Shown one piece after another: positions 1 through 9,261 of a stretch of DNA of 26,355 nt; position 1 is the stretch's first letter, and each line of letters begins with the position of its first letter. A program made the position numbers and the translations under genes. Location: the IMG/VR virus record IMGVR_UViG_3300032288_001874, positions 1 to 26,355 of that record. One strand, 5' to 3'. The stretch comes from a virus (Duplodnaviria > Caudoviricetes). The notes beneath the pieces are model-generated. The model did not search any database, had not been told where the DNA came from, and saw only the letters and a list, made by a program, of their open reading frames with translations.

Positions 1-153
1 AGGATCGACCCGCACCACATCCTGATGAGATCGCAAGGAGGCATGGACACGCCCGACAATCTTGTCTCGCTTTGTCGGGTGCATCATTCCTGGGTCCACG
101 AAAACCCGGAAGAGTCCTACCGTTTGGGCTTCCTGAAACACGAATGGCAATAG
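1..153 (+). CDS. HNH endonuclease, C-terminal fragment (5' truncated)
   Basis: Frame 1 reads RIDPHHILMRSQGGMDTPDNLVSLCRVHHSWVHENPEESYRLGFLKHEWQ*, matching the DHH..RSQGG..DNL..LC..HH HNH pattern. Not in the ORF track. Confidence 0.85.
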   Translation, partial: RIDPHHILMRSQGGMDTPDNLVSLCRVHHSWVHENPEESYRLGFLKHEWQ

Positions 154-169
154 AGGAAACGAGAGAGGA

Positions 170-679
170 ATGGACGAGGAGAAAAACCTGATCGGACCTG
201 GAGTCACGATCTATCTCACACCCTGGGAATACGATCATGCCTGTCAAGTAGGCACCCAAAGAATCGTCGCTAATTGGAGGCGTGTGAACGCTTCGCATTA
301 CGACAAAAGCAGAATGGAGGACGAGCGAACTGCTCAGGTGGCCGCCGCGATCAGCGAATTGGCCGTTGCGAAACACACGAATCGGTATTGGCACGCTTCC
401 GTCTGGCATCCGGTGGATCATCGGTTCTATGGGGACCTGCCAGATGTCGGCACGAATATCGAAGTGCGACGAGTCCGCTCTGGCACCAATGTTGCGGTTC
501 GGAGAAGGCAGGTCGGAAAAGAATTGGTGCTGTGGGCCGCTAACCCTTTGGGTCCAGAGTTCCGGCGAATCGAATTGCTTGGCTGGATTCTTTACGACGA
601 AGGATGGGAGATAGGAGAGCCAGCCTCCTATGACCCTGAGAACACAAGGCTGGTCCCAATAGAGAGGCTGAAGTTATGA
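170..679 (+). CDS. hypothetical phage protein, possible PD-(D/E)xK nuclease-like fold
   Basis: 169 aa with SD GAGAGAGG upstream. SELAVAK...PDVGTNIEVR resembles an E..PD..ExK arrangement (inference). Confidence 0.7.
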   Translation: MDEEKNLIGPGVTIYLTPWEYDHACQVGTQRIVANWRRVNASHYDKSRMEDERTAQVAAAISELAVAKHTNRYWHASVWHPVDHRFYGDLPDVGTNIEVRRVRSGTNVAVRRRQVGKELVLWAANPLGPEFRRIELLGWILYDEGWEIGEPASYDPENTRLVPIERLKL

Positions 680-993
680 GCAGAGACACGATTCGAGATT
701 GGCGATACAGCGACCCGATTTCAGGTTTGGACTATCAGATTGTTTACCGTCCGAGTTACATTGCGGCGAGAACGCAGATAGACGATGAATGGTGGTTCGG
801 CCGCCAAATATCAAAGGTCAACCCACTTGGCTTACATCTCGAAGAGGACAAGGAATGGCTCATCACTTTCGATGACAAAACACAAATGTTGTTGCAGTAT
901 TGGCATGACATCGACCGGCTCAATGTCGCTTTTCGCAATCACAGAAACGACCTTTGGACGAACCCACAAGAAGCGAAGGACATGACAAAGTGA
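676..993 (+). CDS. hypothetical protein
   Basis: 105 aa; ATGA overlap with the upstream gene and GTGA overlap with the downstream gene. Confidence 0.7.
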   Translation: MSRDTIRDWRYSDPISGLDYQIVYRPSYIAARTQIDDEWWFGRQISKVNPLGLHLEEDKEWLITFDDKTQMLLQYWHDIDRLNVAFRNHRNDLWTNPQEAKDMTK

Positions 994-1343
994 CAAGACA
1001 ACCGATCAACCCGGTAGAGGTCGAATATCAAATCATGGATGTTTGCGACGCGATGGAAACCGAGACCGAACAGTACGCACGACTCTCAGAGTTGGCCGCC
1101 TCGTCAGAAGCGAAATACAAACTTGTGTACGCGAAAGCCCTTGTCGATATGGCCTCTCAAAGTTCCACAAAGATGACGGCACAAGAAAGACAGGCGCGAG
1201 CAGATTTGATATCCAATGATGAGTTCCGTATCTTCCGGATCAACGAGGCTCGCAGGGTATCCTCGAAAGAGGCGTTGTTGAGTCTCAGAGCGAGGCTCGA
1301 CGCGTTGCGAACATTGTCGGCAAGTCTCCGACATCAGACATGA
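990..1343 (+). CDS. hypothetical helical/coiled-coil protein
   Basis: GTG at 990 overlaps the upstream TGA and is preferred over the track start at 954. Sequence looks all-helical. Confidence 0.7.
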   Translation: MTRQPINPVEVEYQIMDVCDAMETETEQYARLSELAASSEAKYKLVYAKALVDMASQSSTKMTAQERQARADLISNDEFRIFRINEARRVSSKEALLSLRARLDALRTLSASLRHQT

Positions 1344-1354
1344 GAGAGGGAATC

Positions 1355-1867
1355 ATGGAAATTGAGCACATACCGGCACAGCCGGTCATCCAGACACCGA
1401 CAGCGGATTCGTTCCGGGCCGCGTTGCTGATCGCAGACGATATGCGAGCCAAACTCGTCCAAGAGGGCGATTGGGTCCAGTTGTGCTATGCGGTCGAAGG
1501 CCTGAAAGCAATCAAGAGGGACCTGGACACGCTCCTTCGAGAGTGCGAATCCGATGTCGCCGAAATGTTGCCCGAGAAGAAGGTCACGGTGCCAGGGTTC
1601 GGCGTTGTCGAAAAGCGTATCGCCTCGACACGCAAATGGGATTCGGAGACTCTGCTCTTGGATATCTGCCGTCGCGTGTTGGACCCGGAAGGCACCGGAG
1701 AAATCAAGGTGTCATCGGTCATGGACCTGATCACGATCCTGAAGAAAGTGATGCCGATTACCGGCTCGCTTGGGTGGCGAGTGACCGCTCTGAAAGACGC
1801 TGGAATCGACCCGGACAGTTACAGCGACATCACCTGGGGTCGCAAGTCAATCCAAATCACAAACTGA
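1355..1867 (+). CDS. hypothetical protein
   Basis: SD GAGAGAGGG precedes ATG 1355; alternative start 1340 via ATGA overlap. Confidence 0.7.
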   Translation: MEIEHIPAQPVIQTPTADSFRAALLIADDMRAKLVQEGDWVQLCYAVEGLKAIKRDLDTLLRECESDVAEMLPEKKVTVPGFGVVEKRIASTRKWDSETLLLDICRRVLDPEGTGEIKVSSVMDLITILKKVMPITGSLGWRVTALKDAGIDPDSYSDITWGRKSIQITN

Positions 1868-1886
1868 ATGAGAGAGAGAGGAAGCA

Positions 1887-2249
1887 ATGCAGATACGAAA
1901 CCAAATCAAGACCGACACCATTGAGTTGAGCGAATCGGTCAGCCCTGAGGGAAGCATCAGAGCGACCATCAGAGAGGCAGGTAACTTCTTTCATTCGATG
2001 ACGACGATGAATGTGAACGGCCGCCTGTCATCGTCCATGCACATCGGCACCGTCGATCGCATGGAAATCTTTGAGTTGGAACCGACACCGCTTGCTCCAA
2101 CAGCCGTCACGGTCCTCAAATTGTTTTCCAAAGGTGGAAGGTCTGTGACGATATTCCTCAGTGGGGCCTCCATTGACGACCTCGCCAACGCCATCGGATG
2201 CGAGCAGATGAGCCAGCAAGCGGCAAAGATGGTCGAGGAGCCAGCATGA
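1887..2249 (+). CDS. hypothetical protein
   Basis: 120 aa, strong GAGAGAGAGG SD, same strand as neighbours. Confidence 0.7.
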   Translation: MQIRNQIKTDTIELSESVSPEGSIRATIREAGNFFHSMTTMNVNGRLSSSMHIGTVDRMEIFELEPTPLAPTAVTVLKLFSKGGRSVTIFLSGASIDDLANAIGCEQMSQQAAKMVEEPA

Positions 2250-2389
2250 CCTACCGTTGCGATACCTGTGGGGAATACGAAATCGACTCGATTACGACCG
2301 CTTGCCCTCAGGGATGCCATCTCAGAGGCTATGCGGAAAGCGAGGAGATGAGAGAGGACGCAACAATCATGGAAGGAAAATTGGCATGA
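2246..2389 (+). CDS. small Cys-rich (zinc-ribbon-like) protein
   Basis: ATGA overlap at 2246. MTYRCDTCGEYEIDSITTACPQGCHLRG... has CxxC and CxxxC. Confidence 0.55.
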   Translation: MTYRCDTCGEYEIDSITTACPQGCHLRGYAESEEMREDATIMEGKLA

Positions 2390-2665
2390 TTGATGCCTAT
2401 GAAATCGCGCGACGACTTGGGCTGGATGGAAATGGCCGCCTGCGTCGGCAAGGTGATGGTTTATCCAACTCTCGCGGTCCACACCCAGCGTTTGAGCCGG
2501 GAGGATTTGATCCTAGAGGCACAAGCACTAGCGATCTGTCGGCAGTGTCCCGTTATCTTTCGATGCAGGGAATGGGCGTTACAGGACCCAGACCCAGCGT
2601 TCGATCACATCGCAGGCGGCCTCACACCGAAACAAAGATGGGCAATGCGGAGAGGCCGGACATGA
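2390..2665 (+). CDS. whiB: WhiB-family transcription factor
   Basis: W..MAAC ... AICRQCPVIFRC..WAL ... HIAGGLTPKQR: four Cys plus a variant of the G[VI]WGG turn. Start uncertain (2390/2393/2399). Confidence 0.85.
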   Translation: MMPMKSRDDLGWMEMAACVGKVMVYPTLAVHTQRLSREDLILEAQALAICRQCPVIFRCREWALQDPDPAFDHIAGGLTPKQRWAMRRGRT

Positions 2666-3237
2666 TGGCCTTGCGGTCCGTCGCGGTAGCGCACCGCGAA
2701 TCGGCGATCTTTGTGTACCGGCAACACGGTCGGCTCTACCCCAAAATGTGGGTGGAATCGGAAGAGCAAATCTGTTTGATTGAGCCTTCGACCTGGGAAG
2801 TTTGCTCTTTGTCCGACTGGCAACGAGCGCAAATGATTTCGCAATGCACACGGTCAATCGACGGCCTCATCACCGGCCGGACTGACGAGGTTTACATTCG
2901 GGACCTTGACAAACCCGGAGCCAAACGGAACCCTTCCGACAACCTCGCCGAAATCGTTGACACCGACCCATCGGTACGGTCCGCATTGATGATTCACAGT
3001 TTGGACCTACGCAACACCGAAACATTCCTGACTATGGCAACATTCGACCTGGACAACGAAGGTCTGCCATATTGGGAGAGGCACGAATCCATTCGCTACT
3101 TCGAGAAGTTTGCTATCCCTTTGTGGGCGGCGGCCAAGATGAAGAGTCGGCGAAGCAAAGATTGGGCGTTGTCTCCACACGAAGCGGACGAGTTCTGCGA
3201 GGAGCAAGGCTGGGTAGTGACAAGGCTCGACAAATGA
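2662..3237 (+). CDS. hypothetical protein
   Basis: ATG 2662 overlaps the whiB TGA. This is the globular-looking 3' part of track ORF 2257..3237. Confidence 0.7.
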   Translation: MMALRSVAVAHRESAIFVYRQHGRLYPKMWVESEEQICLIEPSTWEVCSLSDWQRAQMISQCTRSIDGLITGRTDEVYIRDLDKPGAKRNPSDNLAEIVDTDPSVRSALMIHSLDLRNTETFLTMATFDLDNEGLPYWERHESIRYFEKFAIPLWAAAKMKSRRSKDWALSPHEADEFCEEQGWVVTRLDK

Positions 3238-3353
3238 TTAGCCTCGTTGATTTGTTTGTCATCGGGGCAATCGTCCATTTCAGCGTTTTGGGTTTGCATC
3301 TAGTAAGAATGATTGACAACGAAGGAGAGAGAAATGAACACGATCACAATTAG
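3234..3353 (+). CDS. small membrane protein
   Basis: ATGA overlap; MISLVDLFVIGAIVHFSVLGLHLVRM... has one hydrophobic helix. Confidence 0.5.
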   Translation: MISLVDLFVIGAIVHFSVLGLHLVRMIDNEGERNEHDHN

Positions 3354-3720
3354 CGGCAATGTGGGCCGTGATCCTGAATTGCGATACACGCAACAGGGCA
3401 AGGCTGTCGCCAAGTTCAGCGTCGCCGATAGCAGAGGCAAAGACGAAAACAAAGAAACGACCTGGCACAATGTCGTTTGCTTCGATGAGATGGCTGAGAA
3501 CATTTGCGAGGCAATCGTCAAAGGCGCAAGAGTCGTGGTGATTGGCCGCCTCGTCTCAAACGAATACATCGACAAGGAAGGCGTGAAGAAGGTCGCCTGG
3601 GATGTGCTTGCGGACGACATTTGTTTGAGCCTGCGGTTCAAGCCGAAGAGCCAAGGAGCGACACGGCCGAAAGCGTCAGCACCGCAGACCTCTCCGTTCT
3701 CAGACGAGGACCCCTTCTGA
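3334..3720 (+). CDS. ssb: single-stranded DNA-binding protein
   Basis: MNTITISGNVGRDPELRYT..G.AVAKFSVA, TTWHNVVCF, acidic DEDPF C-terminal tip. Confidence 0.95.
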   Translation: MNTITISGNVGRDPELRYTQQGKAVAKFSVADSRGKDENKETTWHNVVCFDEMAENICEAIVKGARVVVIGRLVSNEYIDKEGVKKVAWDVLADDICLSLRFKPKSQGATRPKASAPQTSPFSDEDPF

Positions 3721-4094
3721 GGGTTTCGGTTTCGTTTCGATACGAGGCCAGACCTTGGACTCTGAATCAGGAACGACGCGGCACAACTCATTGGACGCAA
3801 CGAAGCAAAATGGTTGCGACCTGGCGAGAAGCATTTTTCTGGCTCGGTAAGCAGAAAAGCGTCAGATTCAATGAGGCCGATGTTGAGGTTTCGATCGTGA
3901 TGAAGAGACCGCTAGCAGATACCGGCAACGCTTATGGTAGCGTCAAGGCGGCAATTGATGGTCTTGTCGATGCCGGTGTCCTGCCGGGTGATGGACCAAA
4001 TGTGATTATGCGACTCTGTATGAACGCCCCAAGGCCGCCACGAAAAGGTGAGCGAGAGTCCGTCACAGTGACCCTGATTGGAGTGCCACTATGA
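3717..4094 (+). CDS. RusA-like Holliday junction resolvase
   Basis: ADTGN...KAAIDGLVDAGVLPGD resembles the RusA DxDN..K..D.L..G..DD motif. Start uncertain (possible CTG at 3717). Confidence 0.7.
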   Translation: MRVSVSFRYEARPWTLNQERRGTTHWTQRSKMVATWREAFFWLGKQKSVRFNEADVEVSIVMKRPLADTGNAYGSVKAAIDGLVDAGVLPGDGPNVIMRLCMNAPRPPRKGERESVTVTLIGVPL

Positions 4095-4633
4095 AACGCT
4101 TGTTTGTTTGTTTGTTTGCCTTAGGTATTGGAGCCGGAACTGTTGTCAACGCCCAGCAGGTGTCGGCTCCGAGTGCGGTCGTTGCTAGGCACCACGAAAT
4201 GCCAGACAGGGCTTCCTTGGCCGTCTATGCGCCAGTCGTCCGCGAGGAGCCTTACGAGAGACTGGTCCGCATGATGCGCGAGCGAGTCGTCGAAGAGGCC
4301 GCCGACCAGGATTGTGGGCAATGGGCAGGGCTGGCTTTCGATGTCGGTTGGCCCGTCAACGAGATACCGAAACTTCTGACAGTTATCTATCGGGAATCTC
4401 GCTGTCAGCCGACTGCCTGCTCGACCCCTGACCGTCCGGATCAAAGACGATGCCGCGATTGGGGACTCACACAAATCAATGACTACTCATGGAAAAGGAC
4501 TGTGAGAAGCCAGGGTTTGGAGATGGACGACCTTTGGCAACCTGACCACAATTTGCGGTTTGCGTTGTGGCTGTTCCGGTATTCGGAGGAGTCAACCGGG
4601 TGCGGTTGGTCGCCTTGGTCGTTGGGGTGCTAA
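4091..4633 (+). CDS. secreted lytic transglycosylase (SLT/lysozyme-like)
   Basis: N-terminal signal peptide; IYRES catalytic Glu motif, DWGLTQIN, C-terminal GWSPWS. Confidence 0.8.
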   Translation: MKRLFVCLFALGIGAGTVVNAQQVSAPSAVVARHHEMPDRASLAVYAPVVREEPYERLVRMMRERVVEEAADQDCGQWAGLAFDVGWPVNEIPKLLTVIYRESRCQPTACSTPDRPDQRRCRDWGLTQINDYSWKRTVRSQGLEMDDLWQPDHNLRFALWLFRYSEESTGCGWSPWSLGC

Positions 4634-4659
4634 TCCACCCGTCCGAGGGCCGACCCTCC

Positions 4660-4665
4660 TAGACT
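4660..4665 (+). promoter_or_regulatory. putative -10 element (TAGACT) for a leaderless transcript of the modification/packaging operon
   Basis: TAGACT lies 7 nt before ATG 4673 with no SD; preceded by hairpin GAGGG-CCGA-CCCTC (4645-4658). Confidence 0.5.
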
Positions 4666-4672
4666 GCCGACC

Positions 4673-5254
4673 ATGATCGCTGAGGACCTGAAACCGCTGA
4701 TTCGCCCAATCAAAAGCCTGAAGCCTTTGCCTGGTAATCCGAGGCGAGGTGATGTCGATGCGGTCGCAAAGTCATACGAACGCTTCGGTCAGCGCAAACC
4801 AATCGTCGCCTTGGTCGATGGCACAGTGATCGCAGGCAACCACCAGTTGGCCGCCGCTAAGAAATTGGGGTGGAAAGAGATCGCAGTCGTCTATGTGGAT
4901 GACGACAACGAGACCGCCAAAGCCTTCGCCCTCGCCGATAACCGGATCGCTGACCTCGGAACCTACGACAGCGAACAATTGATGGCGATGCTCACCGAAA
5001 TCAAAGACAACAAAGAGTTGTTGCTTGCGACTGGGTACGGGGAGCATTTCCTGGACGACCTGAAAATGGCTTTGGCCGCACCACCGTCCCTGGACGACCT
5101 CGCCGACTCCTGGTCTCCTATTGAAGGCAACGAGGATTCCGGCAAAACGACCGTGACGCTTTCTCTCGACAAGGAAGTTGCCTCAGACCTGCGCGCCTAC
5201 CTAATCGAAGTTGGCGATGACTCGGTAGCGATCGGAAGGCTCCTGGCTCGCTAA
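4673..5254 (+). CDS. ParB/Srx N-terminal domain protein
   Basis: LKPLPGNPR, FGQRKPIV, VIAGNHQLAAAKKLGW, ALADNR. Confidence 0.9.
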   Translation: MIAEDLKPLIRPIKSLKPLPGNPRRGDVDAVAKSYERFGQRKPIVALVDGTVIAGNHQLAAAKKLGWKEIAVVYVDDDNETAKAFALADNRIADLGTYDSEQLMAMLTEIKDNKELLLATGYGEHFLDDLKMALAAPPSLDDLADSWSPIEGNEDSGKTTVTLSLDKEVASDLRAYLIEVGDDSVAIGRLLAR

Positions 5255-6105
5255 TGCTCGGAACTTTGGTCACTGTCGCCAACCCAAAGACAGCGGTGAC
5301 GGTCGGGAAACTAGCGACCGAATACGGTATTCCGCTCATCGTGGACTCTGGCGCGTGGTCGAACTTCAATGCCAAAGCCAATGTGACTGTAGAGAGTCAC
5401 ACGCTTTGGCTTCGTAGCCACTATCAGCCTGGTGTGCGTCATGTTGCGCTCGATGTCATCGGCAACATGGAAGCGACCTACAAGAATTGGCTTGCCGAGG
5501 TGGACGCTGGCCTGAAAGTTGAGCCGACCATCCACTACGGTGCCGACCCGAAGTTCGTTGACAAGTACCTGCGGAAAGGTTTGACGACCGACTGGATCAA
5601 CCTCGGCGGCATGGCCCACCTACAAAAACACAAACCCATGTTGCCGAAATTGGCTGGCTGGTGCGCGGCAGTTATGCGACGATTGCCGCCAGAGGTGAAG
5701 GTCCATGGCCTCGGTGCCACGACTCCCGCGCTCTGTAATGTCGTACCTTTCGACGCTGTGGACTCAACCTATTGGCTGGAAGTTCACAAGTTCAACACGA
5801 TTCCATTGTTCGTGGAAGGCACAAAGAATTGGATTCGGGTCATGCGATCGCTTCGCGCCAAAGATTGGGAATCAAGAAAGAAGCAGAAGTTAGGCAGTCT
5901 TGGAGATGTGTTGTACCGCGAATACGGCATCAGCGCATCGGAACTCGCCAGGTCCGACATGGATGTGTGCGTGGACCTCACGATCAGGGCGCAAAAGAAG
6001 TTTGCCGAACACTTCTCGAAAAGACACAGCAAACCCGTGACTGTTTACCTCGCAGGGTCCAATATCAAAGAGTTCGAGATTATGAGGAGATACAACAATG
6101 AGTAG
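5254..6105 (+). CDS. dpdA: DpdA-like 7-deazaguanine DNA transglycosylase (TGT fold)
   Basis: LIVDSGAWS, ALDVIG, PTIH, LGG, VHGLG and DAVDSTYW motifs; adjacent to queCDE and folE. Confidence 0.8.
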   Translation: MLGTLVTVANPKTAVTVGKLATEYGIPLIVDSGAWSNFNAKANVTVESHTLWLRSHYQPGVRHVALDVIGNMEATYKNWLAEVDAGLKVEPTIHYGADPKFVDKYLRKGLTTDWINLGGMAHLQKHKPMLPKLAGWCAAVMRRLPPEVKVHGLGATTPALCNVVPFDAVDSTYWLEVHKFNTIPLFVEGTKNWIRVMRSLRAKDWESRKKQKLGSLGDVLYREYGISASELARSDMDVCVDLTIRAQKKFAEHFSKRHSKPVTVYLAGSNIKEFEIMRRYNNE

Positions 6106-6799
6106 AGCAATCTCAATCGTGTCCGGAGGCCTCGATAGCGTCACGCTGGCGCACCACATCGACAGTCTCGGCTTCGACCAGCACCTAGTCTCTTTCGACT
6201 ACGGCCAGAGGCACAAGAAAGAATTACAGTTTGCGAAGAGGTGTGCGGACCGCCTCGGAGCGAAACACTCAATCGTGGACCTGTCAGGGATCACCAAACT
6301 GATTGGCACCTCGGCGTTGACAGGCGACATCGAAGTGCCAGACGGCCACTATGCGGAACAAACAATGAAAATCACGGTCGTGCCGAACCGCAACATGATG
6401 ATGCTCTCGATCGCAGTCGCCATCGCCGTCGCAGAGAACGCACAGATCGTCGCTACTGGGGTCCACGGCGGCGACCACTACATCTACCCGGACTGCCGAC
6501 CTGAGTTCGTCCAAGCGGCGTCGGCGGCCGCCTTGATCGCCAATGTCGGAATGGCCGACAAGTTCATCGGTATCCAGGCACCATTCGTCAACGCTGACAA
6601 AACCGAAATTGCTCGACGCGCCCACGAACTCGGAGTCCCGATCACCGAAACATGGTCGTGCTACAAAGGTGGCGAGATTCATTGTGGAGCCTGTGGTACC
6701 TGCTTTGAGCGACGAGAGGCGATGGCCCTCGCAGGCGTACCAGACCCGACTGAGTACCTGGAAACACCGGAATACAACGACCCGAGAGTGAAGAAATGA
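6098..6799 (+). CDS. queC: 7-cyano-7-deazaguanine (preQ0) synthase
   Basis: SGGLDS PP-loop, YGQRH, VPNRN, YPDCRPEF, TWSCY..HCGACGTC. Confidence 0.96.
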   Translation: MSRAISIVSGGLDSVTLAHHIDSLGFDQHLVSFDYGQRHKKELQFAKRCADRLGAKHSIVDLSGITKLIGTSALTGDIEVPDGHYAEQTMKITVVPNRNMMMLSIAVAIAVAENAQIVATGVHGGDHYIYPDCRPEFVQAASAAALIANVGMADKFIGIQAPFVNADKTEIARRAHELGVPITETWSCYKGGEIHCGACGTCFERREAMALAGVPDPTEYLETPEYNDPRVKK

Positions 6800-7215
6800 T
6801 CACGCGGGTCGAGCGGTTCATTGAGATCGACGCAGGCCACCGGGTCGCTCGACACGAATCAGCCTGCCGTCATCTCCATGGCCACCGATACAAACTGACA
6901 GTCACAGTCGAGGGGCCTGTCAAGACTGACAACTCTCCCGAGCATGGGATGGTGATTGACTTCGGCCGCATAAAACAAGCCCTACAAGTGATCCACAGCG
7001 AATGGGACCATAGGTGCCTCATCGGCGCAGACGACCCCTTAGGGAGCGAAATAAGCGTGTTTCCGGGCATTGTAATCCTCGACCGGCAACCGACAGCGGA
7101 GAACCTGGCCGCCATCGCCCTCGAAAAACTCTCACAATTGCTAGCACCCCTGAAAGTCGTCAAAGTGACCGTCCAAGAAACGACCGCCTGCTCAGCCGAG
7201 GTAACAAGTGACTGA
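6796..7215 (+). CDS. queD: 6-carboxy-5,6,7,8-tetrahydropterin synthase
   Basis: AGHR..CRHLHGH, GMVIDF, WDH, PTAENLA, VQET. Confidence 0.93.
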   Translation: MITRVERFIEIDAGHRVARHESACRHLHGHRYKLTVTVEGPVKTDNSPEHGMVIDFGRIKQALQVIHSEWDHRCLIGADDPLGSEISVFPGIVILDRQPTAENLAAIALEKLSQLLAPLKVVKVTVQETTACSAEVTSD

Positions 7216-7936
7216 CCCAATGCAAACTCTCCTGTCGGTGTCCGAAATCTTTGGGCCGACGATCCAAGGTGAAGGCCAAACACAAGGCAAACCGGTCGTA
7301 TTCCTTCGCCTTGGCCTCTGCAATCTCGACTGCTCCTGGTGCGACACGCCTTACACATGGGACTGGACCGGCAAGAACGGGAAGGTTTACATCAAAGAGG
7401 ACGAACTCAAAAAATGGACCGTCGAGGATGTCCTCGACCGCCTCACAGACCAGGCTGGCCCCTATGTGGATCGGCTCGTCATCTCTGGCGGCGAACCTCT
7501 CCTGCAACAGAAACGGCTGGCCCACCTCATCGAGGCATGGGAAGGACCAGTAGAGATCGAAACCAACGGCACAATCATCCCGTCAGAAACCCTGGTCGAA
7601 CAAGGTGTCCAGTTCAACTGTTCTCCCAAACTGTCGAACAGCGGAATCAAATATGAGGACCGAATCATCCCTGAGGTCCTCCACGAAATCTCCCAAGGCT
7701 TCTCATTCTTCAAGTTTGTGGTGGACACCGAGGACGACATCCGAGAAGTGGATGCGATCATGGACCTCATACTCAATCTCCACGACCAAAGCAGGGTGTT
7801 CCTCATGCCCCAAGGCATCGACAGCACCACAATCAAAAGCAAACTACCATGGGTAATGGAACAGGCTGCCAAGCGAGGATGGTCGGTTAGCCCTAGACTC
7901 CATGTGCTCGCATACGAACAAAAGAGAGGTGTCTGA
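7208..7936 (+). CDS. queE: 7-carboxy-7-deazaguanine synthase (radical SAM)
   Basis: [43 protein letters not shown]. Confidence 0.95.
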   Translation: MTDPMQTLLSVSEIFGPTIQGEGQTQGKPVVFLRLGLCNLDCSWCDTPYTWDWTGKNGKVYIKEDELKKWTVEDVLDRLTDQAGPYVDRLVISGGEPLLQQKRLAHLIEAWEGPVEIETNGTIIPSETLVEQGVQFNCSPKLSNSGIKYEDRIIPEVLHEISQGFSFFKFVVDTEDDIREVDAIMDLILNLHDQSRVFLMPQGIDSTTIKSKLPWVMEQAAKRGWSVSPRLHVLAYEQKRGV

Positions 7937-8835
7937 TGCTCAAACTCACCTGGCAAGAGGTCCAAGAGGCCGCCGAAGCCCTCGCGGTCCGACACCGCAA
8001 CCTGCCATCCAGCACAACCAAGATTTACGGCATCCCACAAGGCGGCGCACCAGTCGCAATCATGGTTGCCCGCCACCTCAATCTCGAAATCGTCGAGGAA
8101 CCTGTACCAGGCAAAACCCTCATCGTGGACGACCTCATCGACACAGGCACAACCGGAGCCAAATACAGGTCTCTCGGTTACACGATCGACGCTCTCTACC
8201 GGAAGCCTTGGTCACCAAAAGACCTGGCACCAAACGCGATCGAAGCGTCCGAATGGCTCGCCTTCCCCTGGGAACGAGACGACGGCACCCCAACCGATGC
8301 GGTCATTCGCCTCATCCAACACATCGGAGAAGACCCGACCCGTGACGGCCTCCTCGACACACCCAAACGAGTCGTCAAAGCGTTGCGAGAACTGACCTCT
8401 GGCTACCAACTGGACCCAGCAGAAATCCTCAAAACCACCTTTGATGTCCACTTCGATGAAATGATCGTCCTCACCGGAGTCCCCTACACAAGCCTCTGCG
8501 AACACCACATCCTCCCATTCACCGGCACCGCAACCATCGCCTACATCCCGAAACCAGGAGGCCGAGTCGTCGGACTCTCCAAACTGGCAAGACTGGTAGA
8601 GTGCTATGCGAGGCGACTACAGGTCCAAGAACGCCTCACCAACCAGATCGCAGAAGCCATCGAAAACCACCTTGACCCACTCGGAGTCGGAGTCCTCATC
8701 ACCGGCAACCACTCATGTATGGCCGCCAGAGGCATCCAGAAAAGCGGCGACATGATTACCTCATGCCTCAAAGGAGCCATGCGCCACGACGCAACCGCAA
8801 GAGCCGAGTTCCTCGCCCTAGCCCAACCCAAATAA
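7936..8835 (+). CDS. folE: purine phosphoribosyltransferase - GTP cyclohydrolase I fusion
   Basis: N-terminal: [19 protein letters not shown] (PRPP loop), WLAFPWE. C-terminal: [36 protein letters not shown]. Confidence 0.92.
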   Translation: MLKLTWQEVQEAAEALAVRHRNLPSSTTKIYGIPQGGAPVAIMVARHLNLEIVEEPVPGKTLIVDDLIDTGTTGAKYRSLGYTIDALYRKPWSPKDLAPNAIEASEWLAFPWERDDGTPTDAVIRLIQHIGEDPTRDGLLDTPKRVVKALRELTSGYQLDPAEILKTTFDVHFDEMIVLTGVPYTSLCEHHILPFTGTATIAYIPKPGGRVVGLSKLARLVECYARRLQVQERLTNQIAEAIENHLDPLGVGVLITGNHSCMAARGIQKSGDMITSCLKGAMRHDATARAEFLALAQPK

Positions 8836-8838
8836 CCC

Positions 8839-9261
8839 ATGCGACGCGCCATCAGCCTCAACGACGAAATCCAAGAACGGATCGTCCGCGCCATCCAGGC
8901 AGGCAACTACCAGGAGACAGCGGCACGCTTCGGAGGCATCGGCGTTTCGACCTTCTACAAATGGATGGCAAGAGGCCTCGAAGAGCCGGACTCCAAATAC
9001 GGGGAGTTTAGAGAGGCAGTAGAAAACGCGAAAGCGCAGGCAGAGGTGTTCGATGTCGCCCTCATCGACCAGGCGGCCAAAGACGGCTCATGGCAGGCGG
9101 CCGCCTGGAAACTGGAACGAAAGTTCCCTCACCGTTGGGGTCGAATCCAGCGCACCGAAATCTCCGGTCCGGACGGCCAAGCAGTCAAGGTCGAAGTGGA
9201 CGCAAAAACCGAACTACTCAAAGCACTCGGGCTGACCGACGATGCCGATACAAACCTTTGA
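8839..9261 (+). CDS. terS: terminase small subunit (HTH)
   Basis: HTH-like AARFGGIGVSTFYKW and WQAAAWKLER..P..WG; directly upstream of terL. Confidence 0.75.
   Translation: MRRAISLNDEIQERIVRAIQAGNYQETAARFGGIGVSTFYKWMARGLEEPDSKYGEFREAVENAKAQAEVFDVALIDQAAKDGSWQAAAWKLERKFPHRWGRIQRTEISGPDGQAVKVEVDAKTELLKALGLTDDADTNL

Noticed and set aside
22-104. CTGATGAG near the window start as a second hammerhead core
   Set aside because: It lies within the HNH reading frame, and no matching stems with GAAA and a cleavage triplet could be built.
3504-3716. Long N-terminal extensions of track ORFs (3504, and likewise 10721, 12153, 17745, 23000, 24861)
   Set aside because: They overlap upstream genes; downstream starts with stop-start coupling fit better.
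5254-8835. Queuosine tRNA-modification (auxiliary metabolic) interpretation
   Set aside because: No queF, queA or queG; the TGT-like protein lacks the Zn-binding motif of tRNA TGTs; the context fits DNA modification.
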